Below, one piece after another: positions 55,064-64,000 of a stretch of 64,000 nucleotides of DNA (position 1 is the stretch's first letter; the number at the start of each line of letters is the position of its first letter). The position numbers and the translations under genes were made by a program. The notes under the pieces were generated by a model. It had not been told where the DNA came from and searched no databases. It saw nothing but the letters and a program-made list of their open reading frames with translations. The stretch comes from an uncultured Thermococci archaeon. GTDB taxonomy: Archaea > CAYQAE01 > CAYVLA01. The stretch covers positions 1 to 64,000 of the forward strand of contig CAZJVP010000101.1 in the NCBI GenBank assembly GCA_964549615.1, read 5' to 3'.

Positions 55064-57135
55064 GCAGTTCGGGTGGTGTTGCCATCACCGCGCCTCGCGT
55101 GCTGCCTCGGGTTTGGGTTTCGCCTGTGAACCCTGAGGACTATCCAGGATTCGGCGAAAGGAAGACCAAGCCCGTGACCCGGAAGGACCTGGACCACCAG
55201 TTCCACACAACCGCCCTTCGGTACTTCTCGTACGACCGCCCGCCATCCCAACCGCCCCACAGCTACAGGTTGGTCGGCGTCCGCGAGACCTTGGATCTTT
55301 ATACGAAGATCTACGATTTTGGGCGAGTGGTCTGGCCCATGTGGCCTTTTCTCTTCGCGCAGAACTGGAAGGAGGCGATAGACGAACTCGCGGCCCGCAA
55401 GCTCTACCTCTTCGACATCTGGGCATACTGTCCATCCGGACCGTTCGAGCGGTTTGAATGGTCGGAGTACCGTGTGACGGACGAGATGCACCGCTACATC
55501 CTGGACAAGCTCGGCCCACGCTTCCTCGGGTACGACAACGGCGAGCAGGACGGCCGTTACATCGGCGGCTACGCAAGACTCGTCTGCCCCGCGCCCGCGA
55601 CCCGCAGGCAGGCCCATGACGCGTTCTTCCAGTACTTCCGCCAGCTAGGCCGGGATCTACAGAACTATCTCGTGGCCCTGAACAGCCTAACCTTTCCGCA
55701 CTACTTCGCCGCGATGGGCAACCACCGGCTACTGGGCGCCGAGACCGCGCAAGGCTTGCCCAGCGTCCCGATGTGGTATGCGTTCATCCGCGGCGCGGGC
55801 AAGCAGTACGGCCTGCTCTGGTACGGCAACTCCAGCGTTTTCAACAGGTGGGGTTGGAAGTCGTTGGACGACCCCAGCGCCGAGGACAGGCGCGTCGGCG
55901 GGTATCTGTGCGGCCCCACGGCCGGAACCAGCATGAGCCTGCTCCGGCGGCTGTGGTACGTCTTGGTCATGTACGGAAGCGTCATGATGAGCTTTGAGAC
56001 CGGCCACCTGGGCACGAGGAAGATGGAGCGCATCGTGAACGGCGCAAGGCTTGAGGTCCCCGAACTGACCGAGATTGGACGCGAACAGCTCAAGGGCAAG
56101 AAGTGGTGTGAGGACCACCCTGATAGGGGCGAGCTCCACACGCCGGTGGCGCTGACCTGGGACTACTACTCGGGTTGGGCCCCGCCTCGCCACCTGTACA
56201 CCAGTGACACCTACCTAGTCTGGGGAAACATGCCCTATGAGAAGGGCGACCACCAGATCGACCTCGTCTTTCGGGAGCTGTACCCCGGCTACGAGGATGC
56301 AAGCTTCTACCACAGCGAGCGCGGCTTTCTGACGCCCACCCCTTGCGGCGATATCTTCGACGTCATATTGTCCAATGCCTCGATCGATGTCCTGAATCGT
56401 TACGAGTGCGTCTTGGTCCTCGGTGAGACGCGGATCGAGGGTGATCTTCTGGCAAAGCTTTCCCGCTTCGTGGCGATGGGCGGACATCTGGTCGCTTGCG
56501 CGAACCAGATTTCGGAGGATGCCGAGGAGCTCTTCGGGGTCAGGGTCGGCCCGACGGAGGAGGCGTACCATGCGATCATCCCGGGGCAGGCACAGCCGAT
56601 CAACGAGGCCATGTTCAGAATGCATCGCCTAAGCCTTGACTCGGATGTTGCCGTCCTCGCAAGGACCAGGCAGGGCCTCCCCCTTGCCGCAGAAAAAGAC
56701 CACCCGGATGGCGGCTCGACCCTCCTCTTTGCCTCGGAGTTCTTCTTGACCAACCCCTTGATCGATCGAGGCAGAATCCGGAACGACCTGGACCAACCAC
56801 TCCCGTCCCCCTACGCGATCCTTGAGCATGCGAAGGCGGTGCTGCTTCCCTTCCTGCGCTCGTTTGGCCTCGTGACGATAGAGGGAAAGCCCATCCAGTA
56901 TCTCGTCAACGTCACATCCCGCACGGACCGGCTGGTCGTCACGCTCTGCAACAACGCGCCTGAAGCGTGGGAAGGGGCGATTCGACCCCGGCGGGAGCGG
57001 ATCGTGAAGGCCGTGAACTGGATGACCGACCGGGAGATTGCGGCAGGGGAAGCGGTCCGCACTGAGGTTCCGCCGCTCGATGTCGTGGTCTTGGAGCTTC
57101 TGCTTTCGGGTCCCGTCTTCGAGGTGAAGGGATGA
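55060..57135 (+). CDS. Hypothetical glycoside-hydrolase-like protein (barrel + GATase-like trimerisation domain)
   Basis: 691 aa, aromatic-rich. GEQDGRY, GAETAQ, RGA.KQYG, TPVAL..D, FV..GG.L. Operonic overlaps. Confidence 0.6.
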   Translation: MSSSGGVAITAPRVLPRVWVSPVNPEDYPGFGERKTKPVTRKDLDHQFHTTALRYFSYDRPPSQPPHSYRLVGVRETLDLYTKIYDFGRVVWPMWPFLFAQNWKEAIDELAARKLYLFDIWAYCPSGPFERFEWSEYRVTDEMHRYILDKLGPRFLGYDNGEQDGRYIGGYARLVCPAPATRRQAHDAFFQYFRQLGRDLQNYLVALNSLTFPHYFAAMGNHRLLGAETAQGLPSVPMWYAFIRGAGKQYGLLWYGNSSVFNRWGWKSLDDPSAEDRRVGGYLCGPTAGTSMSLLRRLWYVLVMYGSVMMSFETGHLGTRKMERIVNGARLEVPELTEIGREQLKGKKWCEDHPDRGELHTPVALTWDYYSGWAPPRHLYTSDTYLVWGNMPYEKGDHQIDLVFRELYPGYEDASFYHSERGFLTPTPCGDIFDVILSNASIDVLNRYECVLVLGETRIEGDLLAKLSRFVAMGGHLVACANQISEDAEELFGVRVGPTEEAYHAIIPGQAQPINEAMFRMHRLSLDSDVAVLARTRQGLPLAAEKDHPDGGSTLLFASEFFLTNPLIDRGRIRNDLDQPLPSPYAILEHAKAVLLPFLRSFGLVTIEGKPIQYLVNVTSRTDRLVVTLCNNAPEAWEGAIRPRRERIVKAVNWMTDREIAAGEAVRTEVPPLDVVVLELLLSGPVFEVKG

Positions 57136-57920
57136 TGGACTACCCCCCGGCAATCAACCCGGCATACCTGACCGGCTCGCTCGACTGCTGGCATCTTGCC
57201 GAGCTTTCGGCAATGGGGTACCGTGGGCTGGAGGTCACCCCTGCTTGTATCCGCACTGAGCCGAGTTGGGAACGAGAGGCCGAAGAGGCGGGAATGGAAG
57301 TTGTGTGCGTCAACGCGATCCCCGAGCTGACGCCCTATCTTACGGGAAGCCTCTCCGACGCGGTCGAGTGGCGCAGACGGGATACCCTGGAGAGGCTGGG
57401 CCGCGTCGTCGACTGGATGGATCGACGGGGGATACGGTACATGGTCGTCGCACCCAGCCGCCTTGCGGAGAACTATCAGTCAGTGAATGAGGCAGGGGCG
57501 CTGCTCGTGTCAAGCCTCCGAGAGCTGGCCTCCTTCGGGAACGCCAACATCCTGGTAGAGTCGGCGCCTTTTCGCCTCTTTGCGTCGTCAAAGGATATCG
57601 TTCGCATCGTTTCGGAGGTGGACATGTCCAATGTGGGAGCCGCGTTGGACGTCGGCCATGCGCTGATCCAGGGGGAGAACCCTTCGGAGTCAGCAGCGGT
57701 CCTCGGCGGCATCCTGAAGTATGTTCAGGTTCATGATGCGGATCTACGTCCCGGGTTCCCCAAGCTTGATGCGCATCTCCCGCTGGGGAAAGGTTCCGCG
57801 AAGGCGGAAGATCTCCGTCCGGTCATCGGCAGGACCCCATGGGCAATCAACATCGCGGCCCCGACCGATCCGGTCCGGGCGGCAGGGTCAGCACTGCAAT
57901 GGCTTCGGTGGCATGACTAG
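57132..57920 (+). CDS. Sugar phosphate isomerase/epimerase (xylose isomerase-like TIM barrel)
   Basis: GY.GLE, VES, LDVGH, VQVHD, HLPLG.G. Confidence 0.85.
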   Translation: MMDYPPAINPAYLTGSLDCWHLAELSAMGYRGLEVTPACIRTEPSWEREAEEAGMEVVCVNAIPELTPYLTGSLSDAVEWRRRDTLERLGRVVDWMDRRGIRYMVVAPSRLAENYQSVNEAGALLVSSLRELASFGNANILVESAPFRLFASSKDIVRIVSEVDMSNVGAALDVGHALIQGENPSESAAVLGGILKYVQVHDADLRPGFPKLDAHLPLGKGSAKAEDLRPVIGRTPWAINIAAPTDPVRAAGSALQWLRWHD

Positions 57921-57994
57921 GTGGAAAGCAGCTTTCGGCAGCATCTTGCCAAGGGCAAGATCAGTTGCCTTCTCCTGCCCTCGAGCGCCAGCCG

Positions 57995-59254
57995 TTAGTC
58001 GCGCTCCACCAGCTTTGTCGTTGCGACCTCCCTGTAAAGCTTCCTCTTGACCATCAGGGTCCAGAGGACGAAGCCCACCGCCATGCTCGTGCCGGAAACC
58101 ACCAACCATTCCACCGCGAATATCCAAAGAAGTGCCCTATCCTTTGCGTCGATGGCTTGCTTGGTTAGGAGGTCCAGCTCGCTTATCAGCTGTTCTAGTC
58201 GATTGCGGCATCCGTCCAGATCCTGGACCAAATACTCACTATCGGCGATCTCCTTTCCTTCCACAACCTTGGAGAAGCGGAGTTCCACCTGTCTGAGGTT
58301 TGCCCCAAACCTGTCCGCGAACTCCATGGTCGATGTGAGATAGCCGCGCCTGTAGTCGAATGCGCCAAACAGGGTGCGGATCGAATGAACCAGCTCGAGA
58401 TCCTCCGGTATGTCGACGCGGGCGACTAGGTAGATCAGATGGGATAGCACGTCGACGTGCCACTTCCACCGGTAGAATTCAGGGGCTCCCGGGATGTCGC
58501 CGACGGGCGAATCGGGGATCCCGTGCCATTTGAAGACGAAAGCCATGGACCTGCCCGCGCCGAAATCCCAGTAGACGATGACGGGCTTGTTGTTGTTCCA
58601 CGCGAACCCTGGAGACATCCTCGCCAGCACGATGGCTCCCTCCTTCTCGGTAGGCCTGTTATGCGCCCAGATCCTAGGCATTGTTTCCCATGGTATATTG
58701 CGCATGAGCGGATGATCTCGGTTCTCCTCCTCCACGACTATCCAGTATCCGTGCTCCGGATAGAATATCTGCTCAACAGAGGTCACCGGCAAAACATCGC
58801 CGATGGGGAAGAGGTACCAGGACGTGTGCCTGCCGCTCGTGGCAAAGCTCGAGGAATCATCGGCCATCAGGAAGCCCAGGCCCTCCTCCTCCACGGTGGT
58901 CTTCATCCAGTGATGGAAATGCTCGGGCAGGTGGGCGGCGTCCATCCCGTCCTCGACGATGACGTCGAAATCTTGGCGCAGCCTGTCCTCGGTCCTTGGA
59001 AGGTAGAGCCGGAGCATCCGGAAGGCCTCCTCGCCCATAGACCATGCATGGCTAGGAACCGGGTACCAGTCTATGCGGGGGTCGTTGACCCAAACGGTCG
59101 CGGGATGGTTGGGACGCACCCATGCCTTGCCTATGTGCAGGAGCCGTATGACCCCTCTCTGATCCGTCCTCGCCGTGGGCTCCATTGGCAGCGCGGTGCC
59201 GGATAAGACCTGGATCCATGCGAGGAAGAGGCAAAGGGCGCACCAGCCACGCAT
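57995..59254 (-). CDS. Secreted, membrane-anchored GATase1/DUF1355-like protein (paralog 4 of 5)
   Basis: GVIRLLHIG, LRLYLPRT, FADRFGAN, KDRALLWIFAVEW-TM-KRKLYREVATT. ATATAAG TATA about 25 nt upstream. Confidence 0.85.
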   Translation of the reverse strand: MRGWCALCLFLAWIQVLSGTALPMEPTARTDQRGVIRLLHIGKAWVRPNHPATVWVNDPRIDWYPVPSHAWSMGEEAFRMLRLYLPRTEDRLRQDFDVIVEDGMDAAHLPEHFHHWMKTTVEEEGLGFLMADDSSSFATSGRHTSWYLFPIGDVLPVTSVEQIFYPEHGYWIVVEEENRDHPLMRNIPWETMPRIWAHNRPTEKEGAIVLARMSPGFAWNNNKPVIVYWDFGAGRSMAFVFKWHGIPDSPVGDIPGAPEFYRWKWHVDVLSHLIYLVARVDIPEDLELVHSIRTLFGAFDYRRGYLTSTMEFADRFGANLRQVELRFSKVVEGKEIADSEYLVQDLDGCRNRLEQLISELDLLTKQAIDAKDRALLWIFAVEWLVVSGTSMAVGFVLWTLMVKRKLYREVATTKLVERD

Positions 59255-59333
59255 GCCATGGCAAAGCGTTTCTAACCCCTTATATGTTCCGGCCTTCGCG
59301 CACCCGAGTCGTGTCCCTGAGCTGGCGGAATCA

Positions 59334-60551
59334 TCACCGCAATCGGATTTCCGCCCGAAGTTCACCCGGTCCGGGGGCGAGGTGGAATTTGCTCCGGGTT
59401 TCGCTGCCCCTAGCTCTGACCGCTATGCGGTAGGTGCCGTGGAATCCCCTGAACCGGAAATTGCCCGATGCATCGGTTCTGCCCTTTGCACAGGTCTTCC
59501 ACCGGCCGTGAATGAGCCGACGAAGGGCGTCGTAGACGGGTTTGGGACTGAGGTCCTCGCGAAGCATCCCGCCGCCCTTGAGCCACGAGCCGCGATCACA
59601 CAGGTCCCACCACGTGATCGCCACGACGGCAGGGTGTGCAAAACAGACGGTGTAGAACTTGACCGCGTAGTCGGCCTGGGCGGCCTCGTCCCACCTTCCC
59701 CTAAGGTGTGATCCGGTTATCAGCTCCCCTCCCGAGGTCGGCGTGAACTCGGTTATGTGAAGATCCTTGCCCAAGGCTGCATACTGGTCCAGGACGCTCT
59801 GCACCTGATCTAGGGGAAAGCGCATCGTCCGCGGCTCGTGAGCCTGTATGCCGATTCCGTCGAAGGGGACTCCCCTTTGCATGGCCTCCTTGAGCATCTG
59901 CAGGAAGGGTGGAAACCCGTTCGCCATAACCTCGAAGTCGTTGACGATGAGATGTGCCTTGGGGTCGGCCTCCCGCGCCCAGCGATACGGCTCGTCGATC
60001 TGAATTCCTCTGCAGTGGGAGGGCTCGTTCACGACCTCCCAGAATCCTATCTTCCCGGCGAACCGCTTGATGATCTCTGTGACGCGCCTTCTCTGGACAT
60101 CCTCGGGGGGTTGGCCCGAAGCCCAGGTCGGCCGGCCGGCCTCGTGGTCCCACAGCAGCGGATGGCCCTTGAGGTGGATGCCGTTTCGCCTGCACCAGGA
60201 GACGACCTTGTCGGTGTAGGCATAGTTCGGTTTCCCCTGTTCGGGCTCGTACCACCTCCAGTAGAAGCCCACCGTCGCGTAGTTGAACAGCTCCTTGAAC
60301 AGCTTCTTGTAGAGCCGGTTCTCGCGGGTTGTGTTGAACCGATCGAACATGTAGATGTTGCATCCGAAAAGGAAATCGTGGCTGAGCTGCTCGATGTCTA
60401 TCGAGGCGTCGGCGACAGGTTGCCCCGTTTCATCCAATACTATCACCGAGGCGTTCCTCTTGCGGTTCCTCTCGATCGCCCTAGCTGCTCTTCTGAGGAT
60501 CCGATCCTCGACGTCCTGCGCCCTTCGCGCCGCATCATTGCTCGACCCCAT
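59334..60551 (-). CDS. Glycoside hydrolase family 10 (endo-1,4-beta-xylanase-like)
   Basis: KGHPLLW, WEVVNEP (acid/base), DGIGIQAH, ITEF (nucleophile), PKPVY. No signal peptide. Confidence 0.92.
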   Translation of the reverse strand: MGSSNDAARRAQDVEDRILRRAARAIERNRKRNASVIVLDETGQPVADASIDIEQLSHDFLFGCNIYMFDRFNTTRENRLYKKLFKELFNYATVGFYWRWYEPEQGKPNYAYTDKVVSWCRRNGIHLKGHPLLWDHEAGRPTWASGQPPEDVQRRRVTEIIKRFAGKIGFWEVVNEPSHCRGIQIDEPYRWAREADPKAHLIVNDFEVMANGFPPFLQMLKEAMQRGVPFDGIGIQAHEPRTMRFPLDQVQSVLDQYAALGKDLHITEFTPTSGGELITGSHLRGRWDEAAQADYAVKFYTVCFAHPAVVAITWWDLCDRGSWLKGGGMLREDLSPKPVYDALRRLIHGRWKTCAKGRTDASGNFRFRGFHGTYRIAVRARGSETRSKFHLAPGPGELRAEIRLR

Positions 60552-61015
60552 CGCCAACCACCGCGGTGCAACCCTTACGCAGAGAAATGCCATTCACTGG
60601 CGATTGCTGCCATGTATGGGCCAGAGATAAGTTTACTCCAAGGGGCCGATTAGCAGGAACTGCATCGATTGGACTGCACAGCGGTCTAGGTCCAAATACG
60701 GCAAGACGGCGGCTGATGTCCAGACACCGAGGGAAGGCACCGGCCTCCCGCCGAATGCGTCAACTGGCTGACCGCTTCATCTTGGTCCGTTCGGGCTCCG
60801 GCTATGGGGGATCGCGGCGTCCCATCGGACGGCAGAACGACAAAAGCACAACCGCTCGAATCCTGTGGAAGGAGGCCATTGGTGTTGTTATGTGGCCCGT
60901 CCCATCCGCCTAAGCCATCCATGGAACCTTTACATATCCTTGGGTCAGCGTCGCGTGATGCTGTCGGCATGGGAAGACAGGCTCACACGCGTCTTGGTCA
61001 CGTGGGTGGGTCGGA

Positions 61016-63085
61016 ATGGGAATCGAGATCTCCGAGGACAAGGTGCAGCTGTCGGGCAGAGGCATCCGGGTTGCCCTCCGCAGCCATGAGGGTAGTTGGT
61101 ATCTCTCTTGCCTTGAGGACGGGTCTGGCAGGCTGCTGGTGAGCGGTTCGCACAGTGGGTCCCTCTGGGCGTTGAGGGCCAACACGGAGGGAAAGCTCGT
61201 CGAGGCAACCAGCCAAGGCCTAACCTCAAGCGTTCGACCGGCCGGAGCGTCGTCCATGGAGATAGCCTGGCCCGCCTTCAATTTCATGGGCTCTGAGTGC
61301 AACGCCCGGCTCAGGCTGTCCTTGGTCTCATCGGTATTGATCTGTGCCAAGCTGGGCTTCCGTTTCAACCCGGCGATCGCTCTCTGGGAGGTAGACTTCC
61401 CCATACTCGAGGGCCTGAACCCCGAGAATGCAACGCTTTACGCCCCCTACGGCTACGGGAAGGCGATCCCTTACGGAGGGGGCACGCGGTACAGGGGCAC
61501 CTATCCAAGCCATCACTGCGCCATGCAGTTTCTGGCTTGGAACACCGGCCCGGCCAGCCTCTACGTTGGCTGCCACGACCCGTGTGCCTCGACGAAGACG
61601 TTGGAGTTTTCGCCCCAGCCTCCCACGTTGCGCTGTACGCTTCCGGTTGCCGGCATGGGGGACGATTTTGCGCGTTACGAAGTTCCATATCCCGTAGCGG
61701 TGGGAGCCATTCCGGGGGACTGGTATGATGTGGCGCTTTTCTACAGGAGGTGGGCGATGAGGCAGTCATGGTCCAGGGCTCGTCCCCTTGCGTCCAGGCC
61801 AACGCCCAGGGCTTTGAAGGACGTTGCGCTGTGGTGCTGCGCATCCGGAGCCCCGGGCGAAGTGGTGCCAAAGGCCTTGCAGTTTGCACGCTACTTCGGG
61901 GTGGCCACCGCCCTGCACTGGTACGTCTGGCACGAGATACCCTTTGACGATCATTACCCCGAATACTTCCCCGCCAAGGAAGGGTTCAAGGAGGCAATCG
62001 CAAAGCTTGGCGCAGCTGGGATCCTCGTGATGCCCTACATCAACGCGCGGCTCTGGGACCCTGCAACCGAGAGCTGGAGCCGGGAAGGGGCCGAAAGCGC
62101 CGCAGCGAAGGATGCCGACCTCAAGAAGTATACTGAGGTCTACGGCTCGAAGGTGCCGCTATCGCCCATGTGCCCCACAACCCAGCTTTGGGGCCGGAAG
62201 ATCAGAAGCATAGTGAAGAGACTTGCGTCGGAGTACCGGGTCCACGGGGTCTATCTCGACCAGATAGGCGCCGCTGCGCCGAAGCTCTGCTTCGACCGCG
62301 GCCACGGGCACCCGGTCGGAGGCGGCGATTGGTGGGTCAGGGGGTACAGGGATATCCTGGAGAAGGTGCGCAGAGATGTCCAAGGCATCAACCCCGAGTT
62401 CTTCATCACGACCGAGTCGAATGCCGAGCCATGGAACGATCTGCTTGACGCCTTGCTCATGTGCAACTCCACCGAAGGGGAGCTCGCACCGATCTACCCG
62501 GCCGTCTATGCCGATCGGGTCCTGATCTTCGGCGCGTACATATTCCGCCGGGACCTAGAGGACTCTTGGGCGTTCAGGGTGAAGGTTTCACAGATGTTCC
62601 TGTGGGGCACCCAGCTCGGTTGGCTGGGGTTCGACGTCTTGGAGCCGAGGTTTCAACGGGAAGCCGAGTACCTCAGGTGTCTGGCACACGCCAGATCGTC
62701 GACAAGCCTCCTTTCCGGCGGCGAACTGCTCAGGCCGCCACGACCGGACCCGGAGGTGGACATGGTCGAGGCAAGCTGGGAGCTTTGGGGAAGGACGTGG
62801 AACGTCCGCTTGCCCGCGGCGCAGGCGACCGCGTGGCGCGGCCCGGACGGCTCCGTCGGGGTTGTGGCCTGCAACATGGGGGATGCCAGCACCGATCTGC
62901 GGGTTAGTTTGGACATCGCAGAGCTTGGTTGGACCAAGGCGAAGGCATTCCGCATGATGGAGCGCACGCAGCTTGGATCGGCCAATCCGTCCCTTGACGG
63001 AAAGGCTCTTTGCCTAAGGCTGGAGCTGCCGCCTAGGTGTGCTCGACTGGTGAGCTCAACGGACGCTCAAGCCGAAGGCGCGTGA
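61016..63085 (+). CDS. DUF6259-like putative glycoside hydrolase
   Basis: HWY.WH..PFD..YP.Y, PYIN.R.WD, MCP, GVYLDQI, HGHP.GGG.WW, TESNAEP. Confidence 0.75.
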   Translation: MGIEISEDKVQLSGRGIRVALRSHEGSWYLSCLEDGSGRLLVSGSHSGSLWALRANTEGKLVEATSQGLTSSVRPAGASSMEIAWPAFNFMGSECNARLRLSLVSSVLICAKLGFRFNPAIALWEVDFPILEGLNPENATLYAPYGYGKAIPYGGGTRYRGTYPSHHCAMQFLAWNTGPASLYVGCHDPCASTKTLEFSPQPPTLRCTLPVAGMGDDFARYEVPYPVAVGAIPGDWYDVALFYRRWAMRQSWSRARPLASRPTPRALKDVALWCCASGAPGEVVPKALQFARYFGVATALHWYVWHEIPFDDHYPEYFPAKEGFKEAIAKLGAAGILVMPYINARLWDPATESWSREGAESAAAKDADLKKYTEVYGSKVPLSPMCPTTQLWGRKIRSIVKRLASEYRVHGVYLDQIGAAAPKLCFDRGHGHPVGGGDWWVRGYRDILEKVRRDVQGINPEFFITTESNAEPWNDLLDALLMCNSTEGELAPIYPAVYADRVLIFGAYIFRRDLEDSWAFRVKVSQMFLWGTQLGWLGFDVLEPRFQREAEYLRCLAHARSSTSLLSGGELLRPPRPDPEVDMVEASWELWGRTWNVRLPAAQATAWRGPDGSVGVVACNMGDASTDLRVSLDIAELGWTKAKAFRMMERTQLGSANPSLDGKALCLRLELPPRCARLVSSTDAQAEGA

Positions 63086-63319
63086 TGGTGGTTGGACGGC
63101 CAGGGCGATCTTAGGCCCATCAGCTCCGCCCCCCATAGCTTCAAAGGAGGCTTTGCGGCGGTCAAGCGCCGGCCCTCTCACCGCGGTTAAGCCTTTCTCC
63201 TGCCACCTACGCGTTTGGCCTCGGTCAAGGGGAATCCTGGAAGGAGGCGTCCGTGCAGCGCGAGGACGGGACTGTCTGGGAATCATTGATATGCGGCACG
63301 ATGCCCGGAAAATGCCGGC

Positions 63320-64000
63320 ATGACTTCACTGGTGTGCGGCCTTTCCCGGTTGGAGCTTGCCGCTGCTATCATGGCGCTGGGTCTCTTCGCCGTTCCTCCG
63401 GCGATCGCGCCCGAACCCAGACAGGGCCCGGACGGCAGGGTGCGCGTCCTTTACATGGGGGATGCGATATCGCTCCGATACCTCACCCCGTACGCCTACA
63501 TGCGGATTGAGCCGCTCATCGACGTCACGGCCGTGATCTCCTCGCTCATCGTCGCCCAGGACTCGTTCGGCATGGAGGGCATCGAGATGGTCAAGAGGTC
63601 CGTCAGGCTCTACATTCCGAGGAACTACCGCAGCTTGGTGGACACGAAAGATGTGCTGATCCTGAGCGACGCAACCCTTCCGGCTTTCAGCACCGATCAC
63701 CTTGCATGGTTCGTCCGGGCGGTGAAGGAGGACGGCTTGGCCATGGTGATGGCCGGCGGCGTTGAAAGTTTCCACCAGGGCGGCTGGTCCTCGACGGTTA
63801 TCCCTGAAGCGCTGCCCGTCGATTTCCCTGAGGACGGGACGGGTCCCGGCTACGGCAAGATCGTGAAATACGACGACGAGCTCATCAGGAGCATACCTTG
63901 GAATGAGGGATTCGAGCAGATCTACTTCGGAGGGGCCAACCGCGTTGAGGTGAAGCCAGGAGGGGTGGAGCTCGCAAAGTTCAGACCGATATCGGGGACC
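63320..64000 (+). CDS. Secreted GATase1/DUF1355-like protein (paralog 5 of 5; partial, runs off right edge)
   Basis: Manual translation: signal peptide, GRVRVLYMGD, VRLYIPRNY, DVLILSD, MVMAGG, EALPV, IPW. Confidence 0.8.
   Translation, partial: MTSLVCGLSRLELAAAIMALGLFAVPPAIAPEPRQGPDGRVRVLYMGDAISLRYLTPYAYMRIEPLIDVTAVISSLIVAQDSFGMEGIEMVKRSVRLYIPRNYRSLVDTKDVLILSDATLPAFSTDHLAWFVRAVKEDGLAMVMAGGVESFHQGGWSSTVIPEALPVDFPEDGTGPGYGKIVKYDDELIRSIPWNEGFEQIYFGGANRVEVKPGGVELAKFRPISGT

Noticed and set aside
2948-57920. Genome-wide TAG reassignment
   Set aside because: Many conserved genes end at TAG at their expected C-termini (for example gck, hisC, DUF424, eif2b and the TatD-like gene), so TAG is a normal stop.

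Overview
This is a GC-rich archaeal chromosomal window, probably from an uncultured TACK/Thermoproteota-like lineage. The archaeal call rests on aIF2-beta, NMD3, DUF424, NucS, CofE, the archaeal NMN adenylyltransferase, Mre11/Rad50, an RPA32-like OB protein and TATA-type promoters, often leaderless. Housekeeping blocks (about 1.4-25.9 kb) alternate with carbohydrate-catabolism-like genes, secreted proteins, a heliorhodopsin, tRNA-Arg(TCG) followed by a roughly 6.8 kb island-like segment (WD40 protein, MntA-HepT pair, possible integrase relic), a KdsB plus DHS-like gene pair and several decayed pseudogenes. The main candidate novelty is an ~830-nt, highly structured putative non-coding RNA at about 515-1345. 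It has a TATA box, paired termini, UUCG/GNRA tetraloops, a kissing-loop contact and an internally duplicated ~80-nt domain with compensatory base changes, and it matches no RNA family I recognise. Other points of interest are five dispersed paralogs of an uncharacterised membrane-anchored GATase1-like surface-protein family, a shared [VI]-[PSG]-E/hydrophobic/basic C-terminal sorting signal, and a secreted protein interrupted by one in-frame TAG followed by a hairpin. All calls come from reading the sequence by eye; no searches or folding programs were run.
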